Source: Eledone cirrhosa
Taxonomy: Eukaryota
Assembly: GCA_964016885.1 (NCBI GenBank)
Contig: CAXHJY010000371.1
Span: 1 to 52,624 of the forward strand
Direction: 5' to 3'
DNA: 52,624 bases
The notes under the pieces: model-generated
Told to the model about the DNA's origin: nothing
The model's input: only the letters and a program-made list of their open reading frames with translations
Database searches by the model: none
Part shown: positions 11,865 through 23,910 of the stretch, in pieces
Position numbering within the stretch: the first letter of the stretch is position 1
Layout of the letters: every line of letters begins with the position of its first letter
Made by a program: the position numbers and the translations under genes

Positions 11865-12580
11865 TTTAGACTGTAAAGTGGTAGTGTACAAGTCACAACA
11901 AAAGCACCCAGTCCACTCTGTAAAGTTGATGTGTTGGTGTCATAACAAAAGGCACTCAGTCCACTCTGTAAAGAGGTTGTGTAAGTGTCACAACAAAGAC
12001 ATCTAGTCCACACTGTAAAGTGGTCATGTAGGTGTCACAACAAAAAGTACCAGTCATTATTGTAAAGTGGTTGTATAGGTGTCATAACAAAAAGCACCCA
12101 GTCGACACTGTAAAGTGGTTGTGTAGGTGTCAGAACCAAAAGCACCCAGTCCACACTGTAAAGTGGTTGTGTAGGTGTCATGACAAAAAGCACCTAGTCC
12201 ACACTGTAAAGTGGTCATGCAGGTGTCATGACAAAAAGCACCCAGTCCTCACTGTAAAGTGGTCATGTAGGTGTCATGTCAAAAAGCACCCAGTCCACCC
12301 TGTAAAGTGGTTGTGTAGGTGTCATGATAAAAAGCACCCAGTCCACACAGTAAAGTGGTCATGTAGGTGTCACTAAAAAAGCACCCAGTCTACTCTGTAA
12401 AGTGGTCATGTAGGTGTCATGACAAATAGCACCCAGTCCACCCTGTAAAGTGTTCATGTAGGTGTCATGATGGAGAGTAACCAGTCCACAATGTAAAGTA
12501 GCCATGTAGCTGTCACAACAAAGCACCCAGTCCACACTGTAAAGTGGTCATGTAGGTGTCATTTCAAAAAGCACCCAGGT
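11865..12580 (+). repeat. 48-bp minisatellite (~15 copies)
   Basis: Unit AAAAAGCACCCAGTCCACACTGTAAAGTGGTCATGTAGGTGTCATGAC; 16-aa periodicity in ORF 12032-12376. Confidence 0.9.
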
Positions 12581-12599
12581 CCATGGCTTGGCCTGCTAA

Positions 12600-12808
12600 C
12601 CGACGCTATACCCAAGTCGGTCGCCATGCTTTCCAGCATAGAGTTACGTCTCTTTATGGTCTGAGTTCAAATCACGCCGAGGTTAACTTTGCCTTTCATC
12701 CTTACGGGGTCGATAAAATAAAGCACCAGTAATGTACTGGGGTCGATTTAATCGACTTTCCCCTCCTCTGCCAAATGACACACACATGCATGGTTCGGGG
12801 GAACCTAC

Positions 12809-12810
<2 letters not shown>
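12600..12810 (+). mobile_element. SINE copy
   Basis: GAGTTCAAATCACGCCGAGGTTAACTTTGCCTTTCATCCTTACGGGGTCGATAAAATAAAGCACCAGTAATGTACTGGGGTCGAT, followed by (TA)n. Confidence 0.7.
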
Positions 12811-12870
<60 letters not shown>

Positions 12871-13749
12871 GTAGGTCACTGGTTGAGTCGGTATTAACCA
12901 CAGTAACTAAGGTACTCAATACATATTAGATATAGGTGTCTTTCTAATTGCTGGCCTTGTTCATAAGGTATACACAAGTATGATGTGTGTCTGTTTAACT
13001 GTACGTGTGAAAACATCGCGAAATTGCGCCTTTTAATATTTGAATATAAACAGTTAAAAAATAATTATTTTAGTAATTTTTAAATATCGATAATGTGTAT
13101 ATAAATATTAGAAATCAATTTAATTAGTTCAGTAACATTACTCGGAGTTAAGATAAACCTTCATTTGAAGAAATTCGAGATTTGACCAAATAAATAGATT
13201 ATGTGATCAATAAAAAAAATATGTATACGCGCTTGAACGACGGGTTGCAGACAGTCAGGCATACAGACACATATTTTAAAGCGTGCGACGTTAAAAGTGT
13301 TACTCTCTCTCTTTTTAGATAGATAGACTTAATTAAAGCAGTTTCACTCTCTCTATATTTCATCAGCTCCCTCTCTCTTAAATTGAAAGATTCATTAAGG
13401 CTGAAATAATCTAAACAGTAACATCATTTTTCGCCAGCTCTAGCTTGCGTCCAGAGATATACACACACATATATATATATTTTTTTTGTTATCGAGTTGA
13501 GCTTTGCCAAGCATAGAATTCCAAATTTGACCATCTCCACTGAAAATGTTCGTGAAATAGTCTTTAAGAAGCAATTTAATTTTTTCCAACTGAAACTGTA
13601 AGTATTTTAAAATTTATTTCAACATGGTCTTAAAAGATTGTTGGCTTTTTTTAAATTCATAACTATTTACTATGAAATATAAATTATTAAATCCAATTTA
13701 TTTGATAACCATGATTTGATTTTATAATTACCTGAATCACGTTAACATG

Positions 13750-13796
<47 letters not shown>

Positions 13797-14049
13797 GTGT
13801 GTGTATATATATATATATATAATAATTGTTTCTACGTTACGCAGTGTATTACTGGTACTGTATTTTACGATATTAAATATTAAATATTAACTATTAGATA
13901 TTAAATATTAAATATTAGATATTAGATATTAAATATTAAATATGATATCCCTGAAATATATATAATGAAATAAATATGGTTTTATAAATGTAATTTCCAT
14001 TTGTTTAATACCAAATATATATATATATATATATATGTATTTATGTATA

Positions 14050-14109
<60 letters not shown>

Positions 14110-14334
14110 GCAGACACAGACACAGAATATCGTATATATCACACACACACAATTAAGATTTGACGTGTTGCAGACAGCCAGACATACAGAGAGATATTTT
14201 AAAGCGTGCGACCTTACATTTCTTACTCTTTCTCTTATCAAAAGAGAAAGAGTAATGCTAACACTTACGTCTACTTCACGCTCTCTTGAACCGTTACAGA
14301 AATTGCATCACATCTAATTATAACTTTGTACGTT

Positions 14335-14962
<628 letters not shown>

Positions 14963-15242
14963 TAATAATAATAATAATAATGAAATGATTGTGTACAGTG
15001 CTCAGGTGCACTACAACTCATCAAAGGTGCATGTATAGTACATAGAATAATGTACAAATGTCAGGAAAATAAACAGTGTATGAGTCATGATATAATAACA
15101 ATAACAATAATGAAATATTGTGCACAGTGCCCAGGTGCACCACAACCCATCAAAAAAGTGCATGTACAGTACATAGGGCAATGCACAAACATCAGTAAAA
15201 TGAACAGTGCACACATGTGTGCATGTGTATGGAAGGGGCACA

Positions 15243-18008
15243 TCAGGTGTAGTTTTGGCGTATTTCGGGAAGCATGAGTGTCTTAAAGGATGCAGTGTCT
15301 CGGCAGCTAACAATTGACGCAGGCAGTTTGTTCCATGTTTCAGCAACTCTGAGCGTGAAAAAATGTCTGCGAAAGTCATGGGAGCTGTGCTGTTTTCTTA
15401 TCTTGTAGGCATGTCCACGTGTGTTAGACACATGGAGATCAAAGAGGCGCTCAGGGTTGCAGTTGGCGAGATGGTTAAAAACTTTGTGGGTATTCACCAA
15501 GTCCACTGCCAGATGTCGGAGCTTCAATGAATCCATGCCCAGGGAAGCAAGGCGTTCAGAGTATGGTAGGTGTCTGATGGAGGGTATGCGCTTGGTTGCA
15601 CGTCTCTGAACAGCTTCCAGGAGGTCAATGTTCCGAGCAAGATAGGGGTTCCAGACTGATGATGCGAATTCCAAGTGTGGTCGCACCATAGCTGTATACA
15701 GTTTTAAATAGATGGCTGGAGAGCGGCTAACAAAGGTCTTGCTGAGTGATGCCAAGACACCCTCGGCCTTCTTGACAATCTTAGAGACATGCTTTGTCCA
15801 ACGCAAATCGTTGCCGACAGTAATGCCCAGGTCACGTTCACAAGAGGACTTTTTGATGTCAGTGTTGTGGAGGGAGTATGTGGACGCTGGATTTTTCCTT
15901 CCAAAATGCATGGTGGTACACTTGTCCACAGCCAGCTTCAGTTGCCAGTCTGTGATCCATTGCTGCATTGTGTCCAGGTCTGATTTTAGGAAAGAGTTGT
16001 AAATTTCAGGATCAGTCCTTTTGATTTCAAGGTACAGCTTGATGTCATCTGCATATTTTAGTACCGTGGCATTCTGTAAGTTGGCATCTATGTCATTAAT
16101 ATATGCCACAAACAAAAGAGGACCAAGAACAGATCCCTGTGGTACACCAGATGACATCTCATATGGTGAAGAATGCTGTCCTAGAACCGTGACTACTTTC
16201 CTTCGGCTGAGAATGAAGGATTTCAGCCAGTCGAAAAGATCATCCCTCACACCCATTGCAGAGAGTTTTGCCATAAGTCTTTTGTGTGGCACAGAATTAA
16301 AAGCCTTAGCAAAGTCAAGGTAAACAACATCCACCCATGAGCCGCTGTCAGTGATCCGGGTGATGTCCTCAAGGAACTCGATAAGCTGATCACAGCAGCT
16401 GGAGTTAGGGATAAATCCAAACTGTGAGGGCCGGATGAGGCTGTGAGAGCTCCAGAAGTTCCAAAGTGTTTCTCTGACACAGGATTCCATCAGTTTGGCC
16501 ATACAGCTAGTAAGACTGACTGGACGATAGTTGACAGGTGACATGCGGTTGCCCTTTTTGAACAGGGGAATGACACTGGCAGTTTTCCACTGCTCCGGAG
16601 TAGCACCATTGCTGAGACAGTATTGAAAGAAAAAAGAAAGCTGGCGCAAAAGGAAATCCCCGCCACGTTTGAGAAGCAGGTATGTCACACCATCAAGACC
16701 AGGGGAGGCATAGTTGCGCTTATTCTTAAGGTGACGTCGCAACATTGCAGGTGTAAATTCCATAGTTGTTATGGAATTTGATGTTAGAGATGGTGGAGAT
16801 GGTACATTCTGGTTTTCAACAGTAAAAATACTTGCATAGCACTCAGCAATGAGTTCTGCGCATTCCTTGGGATCGTCAGTGATCTGGCTTGTGTGGGGAT
16901 TGCGAAGAGGACCAACTGGAGAGTGAGGTCTCTGCTTTGAATGAACATATTTCCAGAACACCTTACTGTCAGGATTGGTTGCGATGCACTGTTCAAATTC
17001 AAGCACTGCCTTCTTTGTCACTTGCTTGAGATGGTTAGAAGATTTATTCCGCTTTTTTCTGTTGGCATCTGATCTATGCAGTTTATATTCCCGTTCAGCG
17101 TTCCGACGTTCTTTCCTGGCAAGTCGGACTGCTGAAGTTTCCCAGATTGCACTTTTGGGGTGGTTATTTTTCCGCTTCCGTGGCACTGATGCTGCACACG
17201 CTATCCATATTGAGTCCAGGATGCTCTGGAGTATAGAGTTCACATCTCCAGAGTTATACATCTCATGCCAGTTTGGGCGCTGTAGCTCAGTGCAGTACAA
17301 GTTCCAATCCGCCCTCTTCCAATCAAAGCAAGCAGATTGGAGATGGCTCTGGTTTTTGTTGCTGCCCTCAAGTGCCAGATTGGCAATGATCATAGCATGA
17401 TCAGAGTCGCCTAGAGGTTCCTCAGTAGTACAACTGATAACCACTTCAGGAGTAGTGGTGAAGATCAGGTCCAAAGTGTTGTCACCTCTTGTTGGAGAGG
17501 TGACTACTTGTGACCAGTTTGAGTCCAGCACTAGTTCAAGGAAATCGTTTGCACCCTGTGGCCAACGAAAGGTTTCCCAATCGATCTCAGGATGATTGAA
17601 GTCACCTGCAATAAACACATAAGTGGCTGTTTTCTTGGCAGCAACTCTGAGGATATCGCAAAGCTGTGTGTCCTGATGGTAGTTTGGGGGGCGATAAACA
17701 ACACCAAGCAGAAGTGTTGACATGGTCATACGTATGTCACAGAAAAAAACTTCTTCCTGTGATTCGTTCAAATCAACGCAAGGAATTACCGAAAAGTTTG
17801 AACGAACGTAGACCATCACACCACCACCACGGCGGTTAATGCGGTCCTTGCGGAAAAGGTTGTACCCAGTAATGGTGAAAACCCCATCACAGAGTAAGGA
17901 ATGTGCCCATGTTTCCGTGACTGTGATGAAGTCAGGGTCGATGCTTCTGACGTAGGATTCGAACAGATGTATCTTGTTGCATAAACTGCGAGCATTTAAG
18001 GACAACAA
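15243..18008 (-). CDS. CR1-like ORF2: APE endonuclease plus reverse transcriptase (921 aa as called from a TTG; no ATG start)
   Basis: EN motifs LNARSL, VTETW, AGDFN, TLDL, SDH. RT motifs NYRPVSLTS, QFGF, YLDFAKAF, GVPQGSVLGP, YADD. CR1-type C-terminus TRGHAYKI..FFTLRVAETWNKLP. Confidence 0.95.
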   Translation of the reverse strand: MLSLNARSLCNKIHLFESYVRSIDPDFITVTETWAHSLLCDGVFTITGYNLFRKDRINRRGGGVMVYVRSNFSVIPCVDLNESQEEVFFCDIRMTMSTLLLGVVYRPPNYHQDTQLCDILRVAAKKTATYVFIAGDFNHPEIDWETFRWPQGANDFLELVLDSNWSQVVTSPTRGDNTLDLIFTTTPEVVISCTTEEPLGDSDHAMIIANLALEGSNKNQSHLQSACFDWKRADWNLYCTELQRPNWHEMYNSGDVNSILQSILDSIWIACAASVPRKRKNNHPKSAIWETSAVRLARKERRNAEREYKLHRSDANRKKRNKSSNHLKQVTKKAVLEFEQCIATNPDSKVFWKYVHSKQRPHSPVGPLRNPHTSQITDDPKECAELIAECYASIFTVENQNVPSPPSLTSNSITTMEFTPAMLRRHLKNKRNYASPGLDGVTYLLLKRGGDFLLRQLSFFFQYCLSNGATPEQWKTASVIPLFKKGNRMSPVNYRPVSLTSCMAKLMESCVRETLWNFWSSHSLIRPSQFGFIPNSSCCDQLIEFLEDITRITDSGSWVDVVYLDFAKAFNSVPHKRLMAKLSAMGVRDDLFDWLKSFILSRRKVVTVLGQHSSPYEMSSGVPQGSVLGPLLFVAYINDIDANLQNATVLKYADDIKLYLEIKRTDPEIYNSFLKSDLDTMQQWITDWQLKLAVDKCTTMHFGRKNPASTYSLHNTDIKKSSCERDLGITVGNDLRWTKHVSKIVKKAEGVLASLSKTFVSRSPAIYLKLYTAMVRPHLEFASSVWNPYLARNIDLLEAVQRRATKRIPSIRHLPYSERLASLGMDSLKLRHLAVDLVNTHKVFNHLANCNPERLFDLHVSNTRGHAYKIRKQHSSHDFRRHFFTLRVAETWNKLPASIVSCRDTASFKTLMLPEIRQNYT

Positions 18009-18064
18009 TTTGTACCCTGCTCGCAGTCTATGATGGTGTGTAGAGGGTGGCAGGTTGTTCTGGT

Positions 18065-18219
18065 TTAGTTTCCCAGAGTTGTAGCAGTTTTTACATTGCC
18101 AGTTATTGTGGGTAGATCACACTCAGACCAGCTGGTATCTCTCTTCCACGTTTCACCCGCCTTGACAAACCTCCAGATCTGCCCATCATCACGCAGACTG
18201 AAACTTTCATCTTGTGCTG
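18065..18219 (-). pseudogene. Probable C-terminal remnant of CR1 ORF1 (…KTATTLGN*)
   Basis: Open frame from the element 5' edge to TAA at 18067-18065, overlapping the ORF2 frame at -1. Confidence 0.6.
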
Positions 18220-18282
18220 TATATATATATATATACACACGTGTGTGTGTATTTATGTATATATATATATATACACACACAC

Positions 18283-18324
<42 letters not shown>

Positions 18325-18439
18325 GTGTGTGTGTGTATATATATTTATATATATATACACACACGTGTGTGTATATATATATATATATATACACGTGTGT
18401 GTGTATTTATATATATATATATATACACACACACGTGTG

Positions 18440-18470
<31 letters not shown>

Positions 18471-18490
18471 GTGTGTGTATATATATATAT
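18219..18490. repeat. Compound palindromic microsatellite (TA)n(CA)nCG(TG)n
   Basis: Directly visible. Confidence 0.95.
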
Positions 18491-18839
18491 CTGTCTCTCT
18501 CCCTGTCTCTCACTCTCCCTCTATCCCCCCTCTCTGTCTCTCTCTCCCCCCCCTCTCTCTCTCTAGTAGTAGAGAGAGACAAAGAGAGAGAGATATAAAC
18601 GTATAACCCTAACCAAACCCTAACCCCAACCCTAACCCTAACCTAACCCTAACCCATCTCTCTCTCTCTCTCACCCCCTCTCTCTCTCTCTAGTAGTAGA
18701 GAGAGAGACAAAGAGAGAGAGAGATATAAACGTATAACCCTAACCCAACCCTAACCTCTCTCTCTCTTCTCTCTCTCTCTCTCCCCTCTCTCTCTCTATT
18801 CCCCCCTCTCTATTTCCCCCCCCCTCTCTCTCTAGTAGT

Positions 18840-18870
<31 letters not shown>

Positions 18871-18901
18871 TATAAACGTATAACCCTAACCCAACCCTAA
18901 C

Positions 18902-18935
<34 letters not shown>
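18491..18935. repeat. Three ~130-140-bp units of (CT)n-AGTAGT-(AG)n plus degenerate (CCCTAA)n
   Basis: CTCTAGTAGTAGAGAGAGAGAC..ATATAAACGTATAACCCTAACC occurs three times. Confidence 0.85.
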
Positions 18936-18936
<1 letters not shown>

Positions 18937-19059
18937 TTTTTAACATTGTTTTGTTTTTCTTTTCTTTTCTTATTCAGATGACAAACGGCAGAGGATACAA
19001 CAGAAGAAAAGAACAAAGATAATTATTATTATTATTACTATTATTATTTGTTTTATTAT

Positions 19060-19430
19060 AATCAAAATATGCTGTTAGTTAGATCTGCATTGCGTACATT
19101 TTATATAATTTATGCCAGTTCCTTTTCTGCATATCGAACATGGCCATTTCCCTGACGGAATAGAGTTTTGTCCTCTTTCGTGACACAAAGTACAGCCAGC
19201 GGCATCATTGCGGACAGACTTAATCCCGAATTGCACTGACACACTGCCTCGCAATACGGAACACCGCACGTCTTTGATCTTCTTCCCGTCGATCAGCCTC
19301 CTTGCCATGCTAAGTACACCTGACGTCTAGCTTCTCTCTTAGCGGCGGCTTTATATTCTTCTCTACTCCCACTAATTTTCCAAGCATTCCATGCTAGCCT
19401 TTAGTCTCCAATGGCCCGATCTACCGTGCT
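19060..19430 (-). pseudogene. RTE-clade LINE fragments (zinc-finger region joined to C-terminus)
   Basis: SGKWPCSICRKGTGINYIKCTQC; duplicated at ~20975-21350. Confidence 0.7.
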
Positions 19431-20484
19431 GTCCCACCACCATGTCACTCTCTGTCTGGTTGGAACTCTGATCCAGCCACAAGTTTAATCAGTAGCCTGC
19501 AATAAGTTGTCACATAAGAAAATCGAGTTCTCATGTATGTCATACGACTGTGAATCGTCTTCTTTTTCGTCATACACATATTGAAGGGCTTTCCTAAATT
19601 TCTATTTTAGTGAAATCTCTTTTAGCTTCCAGACCTTTCTTTTTTCCACATCTTCCTGTATGTCTCAATCATACCTGGAGCTGTCCAACATGACCATTGA
19701 AATCCCCTGCTAGCATAACGATGTCTCCGTCCTGTCATTGTGGCTGTTTGTAAAAATTGCTTGTAAATGAAGTCTTTCTTTTCTTTACCTAGCAGAAGCA
19801 ATTAACACTAACCCAACTGTAACACTAACCCTAACACTAACTTATGCAGGCCTAGGTAAAGACAAGAAAGATAAAACAAGGAGTGATGCTTCTTGAATTT
19901 TGTGATGCAAGTGTTTTAACCATTTGCAAAACCAACTTCCACAAACCTGCCTCACTGCCGCCTAATAACCTACAAATCAGGCAAGCACAGAAGCCGGATT
20001 TCTCGGTAGTTAGGAAGCGAGACAGACAGATGGGGTGTGAAGTACCAGGGTGTGCCCCGGGGAGGAATGTTTCCCACAGCGTGGGTTGGTTGTTGGTGAT
20101 GTCTCGGTTATCTTGAGACGGAGTGAGACGTGCAGGAATACTCTCACGGAATCGCCAAATGAGGTTTATTTTTCAACATAGTCCCTGGAATGAAACAATG
20201 TGGTTATTAAGAAGAATTGAAATTAATGTAAGATTTCACAGATCTATGATCAATCCTTCACAGTCAGCTTACAAAGTTTTCAGCCAAACCTTGTGTATTT
20301 CCAACATTTCAAACCCTATCTAGGACTACATTATCTAATGTACAGTACAGTAGTTAGTATTAGTGGCTATCAGACATAGTGTATCTAAATGCAACATTTT
20401 TAACATTGTTTTTTTTTTCTTTTCTTTTCTTTTCTTATTCAGATGACAGACGGCAGAGGATACAATAGAAGAAAAGAACAATGA

Positions 20485-20907
20485 TAATTATTATTATTAT
20501 TATTGTTGTTATTCCTTGAATCTCAGTCATTGATGTTGGTTAACTGGAAAGTCCGTTGGAATGAATATCAAGCCACTACCTGCAGCCTCAGATATTCAGG
20601 ACGTATCGGAGGGTTCTTGCTGTTCCAAGCAAGCATGCCTTTTGAAGCATTCCAAAAAGCGTGAAGGGGCCGATTTTCTTTAACCATCCCTGGAAACTTT
20701 TGGAGATGGACAAAAAACTGGAACACAATAGACCTGACCTGGTGGTTGTGGACAAAGAAAAAAGATCGTGTCTGATTGTGGATGTGGCCTGCCCGTTCAA
20801 CACGAGAGTGCAAGAGAAGGAGAGGGAGAAAATTAACCGATACCAGGACCTAAAGTGGGAGGTGAAAAGGATTTGGAACTTCCATGAAGTCAAAGTGATC
20901 CCGATTG
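20485..20907 (-). mobile_element. R4/Dong-like RLE non-LTR retrotransposon, 5'-truncated with an inverted segment
   Basis: Plus strand: HNRPDLVVVDK..IVDVACP..EKINRYQDL..VIPI (PD-(D/E)xK endonuclease). Minus strand: LQKACLLGTARTLRYVL*, 3' UTR and (AAT)n. Both flanks are (TAT)n. Confidence 0.8.
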
Positions 20908-20948
<41 letters not shown>

Positions 20949-20974
20949 TATTATTTGTTTTATTATAATCAAAA

Positions 20975-21505
20975 TATGCTGTTAGTTAGATCTGCATTGT
21001 GTACATTTTATATAATTTATGCCAGTTCCTTTTCTACATATCGAACATGGCCATTTCCCTGACGGAATAGAGTTTTGTCCTCTTTTCTACTCATCAACAC
21101 TCATTCGTGACACAAAGTACAGCCAGCGGCATCATTGCGGACAGACTTAATCCTGATTTGCACTGACACACTGCCTCGCAATACGGAACACCGCACGTCT
21201 TTGATCTTCTTCCCGTCGATCAGCCTCCTTGCCATGCAAAGTACACCTGACGTCTAGCTTCTCTCTTAGCGGCGGCGGCTGTATATTCTTCTCTACTCCC
21301 ACTAATTTTCCAAGCATTCCATGCTAGTCTTTAGTCTCCAATGGCCCGATCTACAGTTTCTGTCTCAACTCGTCTATGCTTGGTCGTTCCCGCACATTGA
21401 CATTGCACATCCAACGGAGCATGCTTGCTTCATTTCTCTCCAGCCGTCGCATGTCCTCTGCAGTTGCTGCCCGTGTCTCACTACCATGCAGCATCGCGCA
21501 TCTAA
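20975..21505 (-). pseudogene. RTE-clade LINE fragments
   Basis: AMLHGSET..EDMRRLERNEASMLRWMCNV..ELRQKL. Confidence 0.75.
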
Positions 21506-21544
21506 ACCTGGCCCTTACCCTAACCCCAACCTCTTTGGTTTTCG

Positions 21545-22381
21545 TTTTCTCGACGGCTAGCCGCATTTCGTGATCCGCCTTTCGATTGCGCTTCCGTCGC
21601 GGCAAAAGAATTGCCTTTCCAGACCGCCGTCGCCCGACCGGACCCATGATAGAAGACGTTCGTTACCGTTGGAGCAACGCAAATTACTCCTCGGTTGACG
21701 CCAAAAACGAACGCCTTCCCGCCTCGCGCCGCCTTCTCCTCGCCGACCCTCGGCCTCGACGATTAGCCACTTTCCGTCACAGCAGTAGATACGCGTCCGT
21801 CGTAATAGCCGTCATTTTAACGCAGGAGAAACGCCTAATTGCCCTGCACCGCGTTTGACGGCGATCTACGACGGCGACGATGCGCGCACTCTTCCTTGCT
21901 GCGACGAAGGTTTCGGCTTTTCGTCGTGGACCCGGTCAGGTCATGCCGCTGACCTCGCGTTACGGCGACGCGAGAAGACGTTCGTTACCGCTGGAGCAAC
22001 GCAAATTACTCCTCGGTTGACGCCAAAAACGAACGCCTCGCGCCGCCGCTTCCTCCTCGGCCTCGACGATTAGCCGCTTTCCGTCACAGCAGTAGATACG
22101 CGTCCATCGTAATAGCCGTCATTTTAACGCAGGAGAAACGCCTTGACGACGATATACGACGGGTCGACGACGCGCGCACTCTTTCTGCTGCGACGAAGGT
22201 TTTGGCTTTTCGTTGTGGACCCGGTCGGGTCATGCCTCTGACCTCGCGTTGCGTCGCCACCGCCGCGGCGGGCTTGGGTTTAGCCGTAGCTACCCTCGTT
22301 TTGCCAACGGCGACGCGAGAAGACGTTCGTTACCGCTGGAGCAACGCAAATTACTCCTCGGATGAGGCCAAAAACGAACGC
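21545..22381 (+). repeat. Orphan copies of the GC-rich sequence found upstream of the 18S fragment (IGS/5'ETS-like)
   Basis: Shares AGAAGACGTTCGTTACCGCTGGAGCAACGCAAATTACTCCTCGGTTGACGCC (3 copies) and CGTCACAGCAGTAG..GGAGAAACGCC with 28701-29770. Confidence 0.8.
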
Positions 22382-22460
22382 TGAAGAGATATTGTCCATG
22401 GATATCGGGAATTTTACCCGCCCTAGATAGATAGATAGATAGGGATGTATGTATGTATGT

Positions 22461-22502
<42 letters not shown>

Positions 22503-22881
22503 GTATGTATCTTTCTCATTCTCTCTGTATGTATGTATGTATGTATATATATATAATTATATATTTATAGACATCCTGAAAGCTTTTTAAATGTCTGAGA
22601 GATTGGCTAAATATGTTTTGCAGGTATGACCAGTAAGAGAGAGGTAAGTTATTTCAAAACAATTCTTTGACCATTATTTTAAGGTACTATCTCAGTGTAT
22701 TTTTAAATTGACCTCTTGATAGGATGAAATGACCTGTATAATTTTTTTCATATTTAGATGGAATAGAAGAAAAACAAGAAAAATGAAATGAATTCAAACA
22801 GAAAATATACACCAATGCCAATGGAGGTATGATTTCAGTTTAATCTTAACCTAATGACCACTTTACAGAGTGTACTGGATA

Positions 22882-22962
<81 letters not shown>

Positions 22963-23394
22963 AGGAAGCTCCAACCGTTAAGGTTGTCTTTCCATTTATT
23001 AATATATTGTGTATTTACTCCACTAAACTGTTGAGTGCTTTATATCAGTTATAAAAAAATTTCAGCTTGTTGAATCCCAAAATAGTTGTTGAAACAGCCA
23101 CAGCTCAGCCGTCGGGGTCCTGAATATTTATCATATATATATACGTATGAGTGTGTGTGTTTTGAGAATTAATAATTATATAAACAAGTTTGTAATGAAC
23201 AATTTATTTCTTATCAAAACTGTATAAACATGATATTATTTACAGTAAGAATAACAATAATAATGATGGTTTCTAGTAAAGGTGGAAGGCCAGTAATTTG
23301 GGGGAGGGGAAAGTTGATTAAATCGAAGAGAGAAAGAAAGAAAAAACAGAACGGGAAGGAGAGGGGATGGCAAGAGGTCCGGTGTCGCAGGAGA

Positions 23395-23910
23395 GAGGGG
23401 AGGGTGGTTGAGCTTTGAGTCTAGGGCAAGAGGGCAGAAATGCTGCGCCCCACGGATAAGACGGCAAAAATATTCTCGCGGACGATGGCCAGAGATACCC
23501 AATGCAACAACCACCCAACCTCGCGGTGTTCCCTCCTCAGATGGGCTGCTGACTCTCCGATCTTTTGGAGGAGCTCGGCAGTACAAGGTCCAAGTACTCC
23601 TGGGGTCTCGACGTTGACTGGTGCAGAGAGGAAGTGGCCGGACAATCCTCGGTATTTGTTTATTTTACGTTCTTCTGCGAGGTGGGCTGCGATGCCGGGG
23701 TTTGTGACCGAAACGACTTGGAAACGAAGTTGTAGGCGGAGATTGTGTCGTAGCTGGTGGTGTCCCAGATGAGGGACCTACGTCCTTCGAATGGGAAGAG
23801 AGTGATTCCGTCGGGGCGCTTGCCATCTCCGGGACCTGTTGGCCCCAGTTGTGATGGGAAGCCAGCTGCGTCCAGGCTTCTTCTCAATATGTCGTTGACA
23901 ACGACGTGTA
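23395..23910 (-). pseudogene. CRE-like RLE non-LTR retrotransposon 3' fragment (frameshifted)
   Basis: GDGKRPDGITLFPF..SLIWDTT and VETPGVLGP..WLLHWVSLAIVREN, in different frames. Confidence 0.7.

Larger units (their letters stand above)
14963..18219 (-). mobile_element. CR1-clade LINE, 5'-truncated within ORF1, with 3' UTR and (ATT)n tail
   Basis: Intact ORF2, ~260-bp 3' UTR, short tandem tail at 14963-14981, and the same microsatellite on both flanks. Confidence 0.9.

Noticed and set aside
12032-12376. Cys/His-rich metal-binding repeat protein
   Set aside because: It is a 48-bp minisatellite; the frame breaks in the flanking copies.
12655-12685. tRNA gene
   Set aside because: Only a B-box-like GTTCAAATC within a SINE; no cloverleaf.
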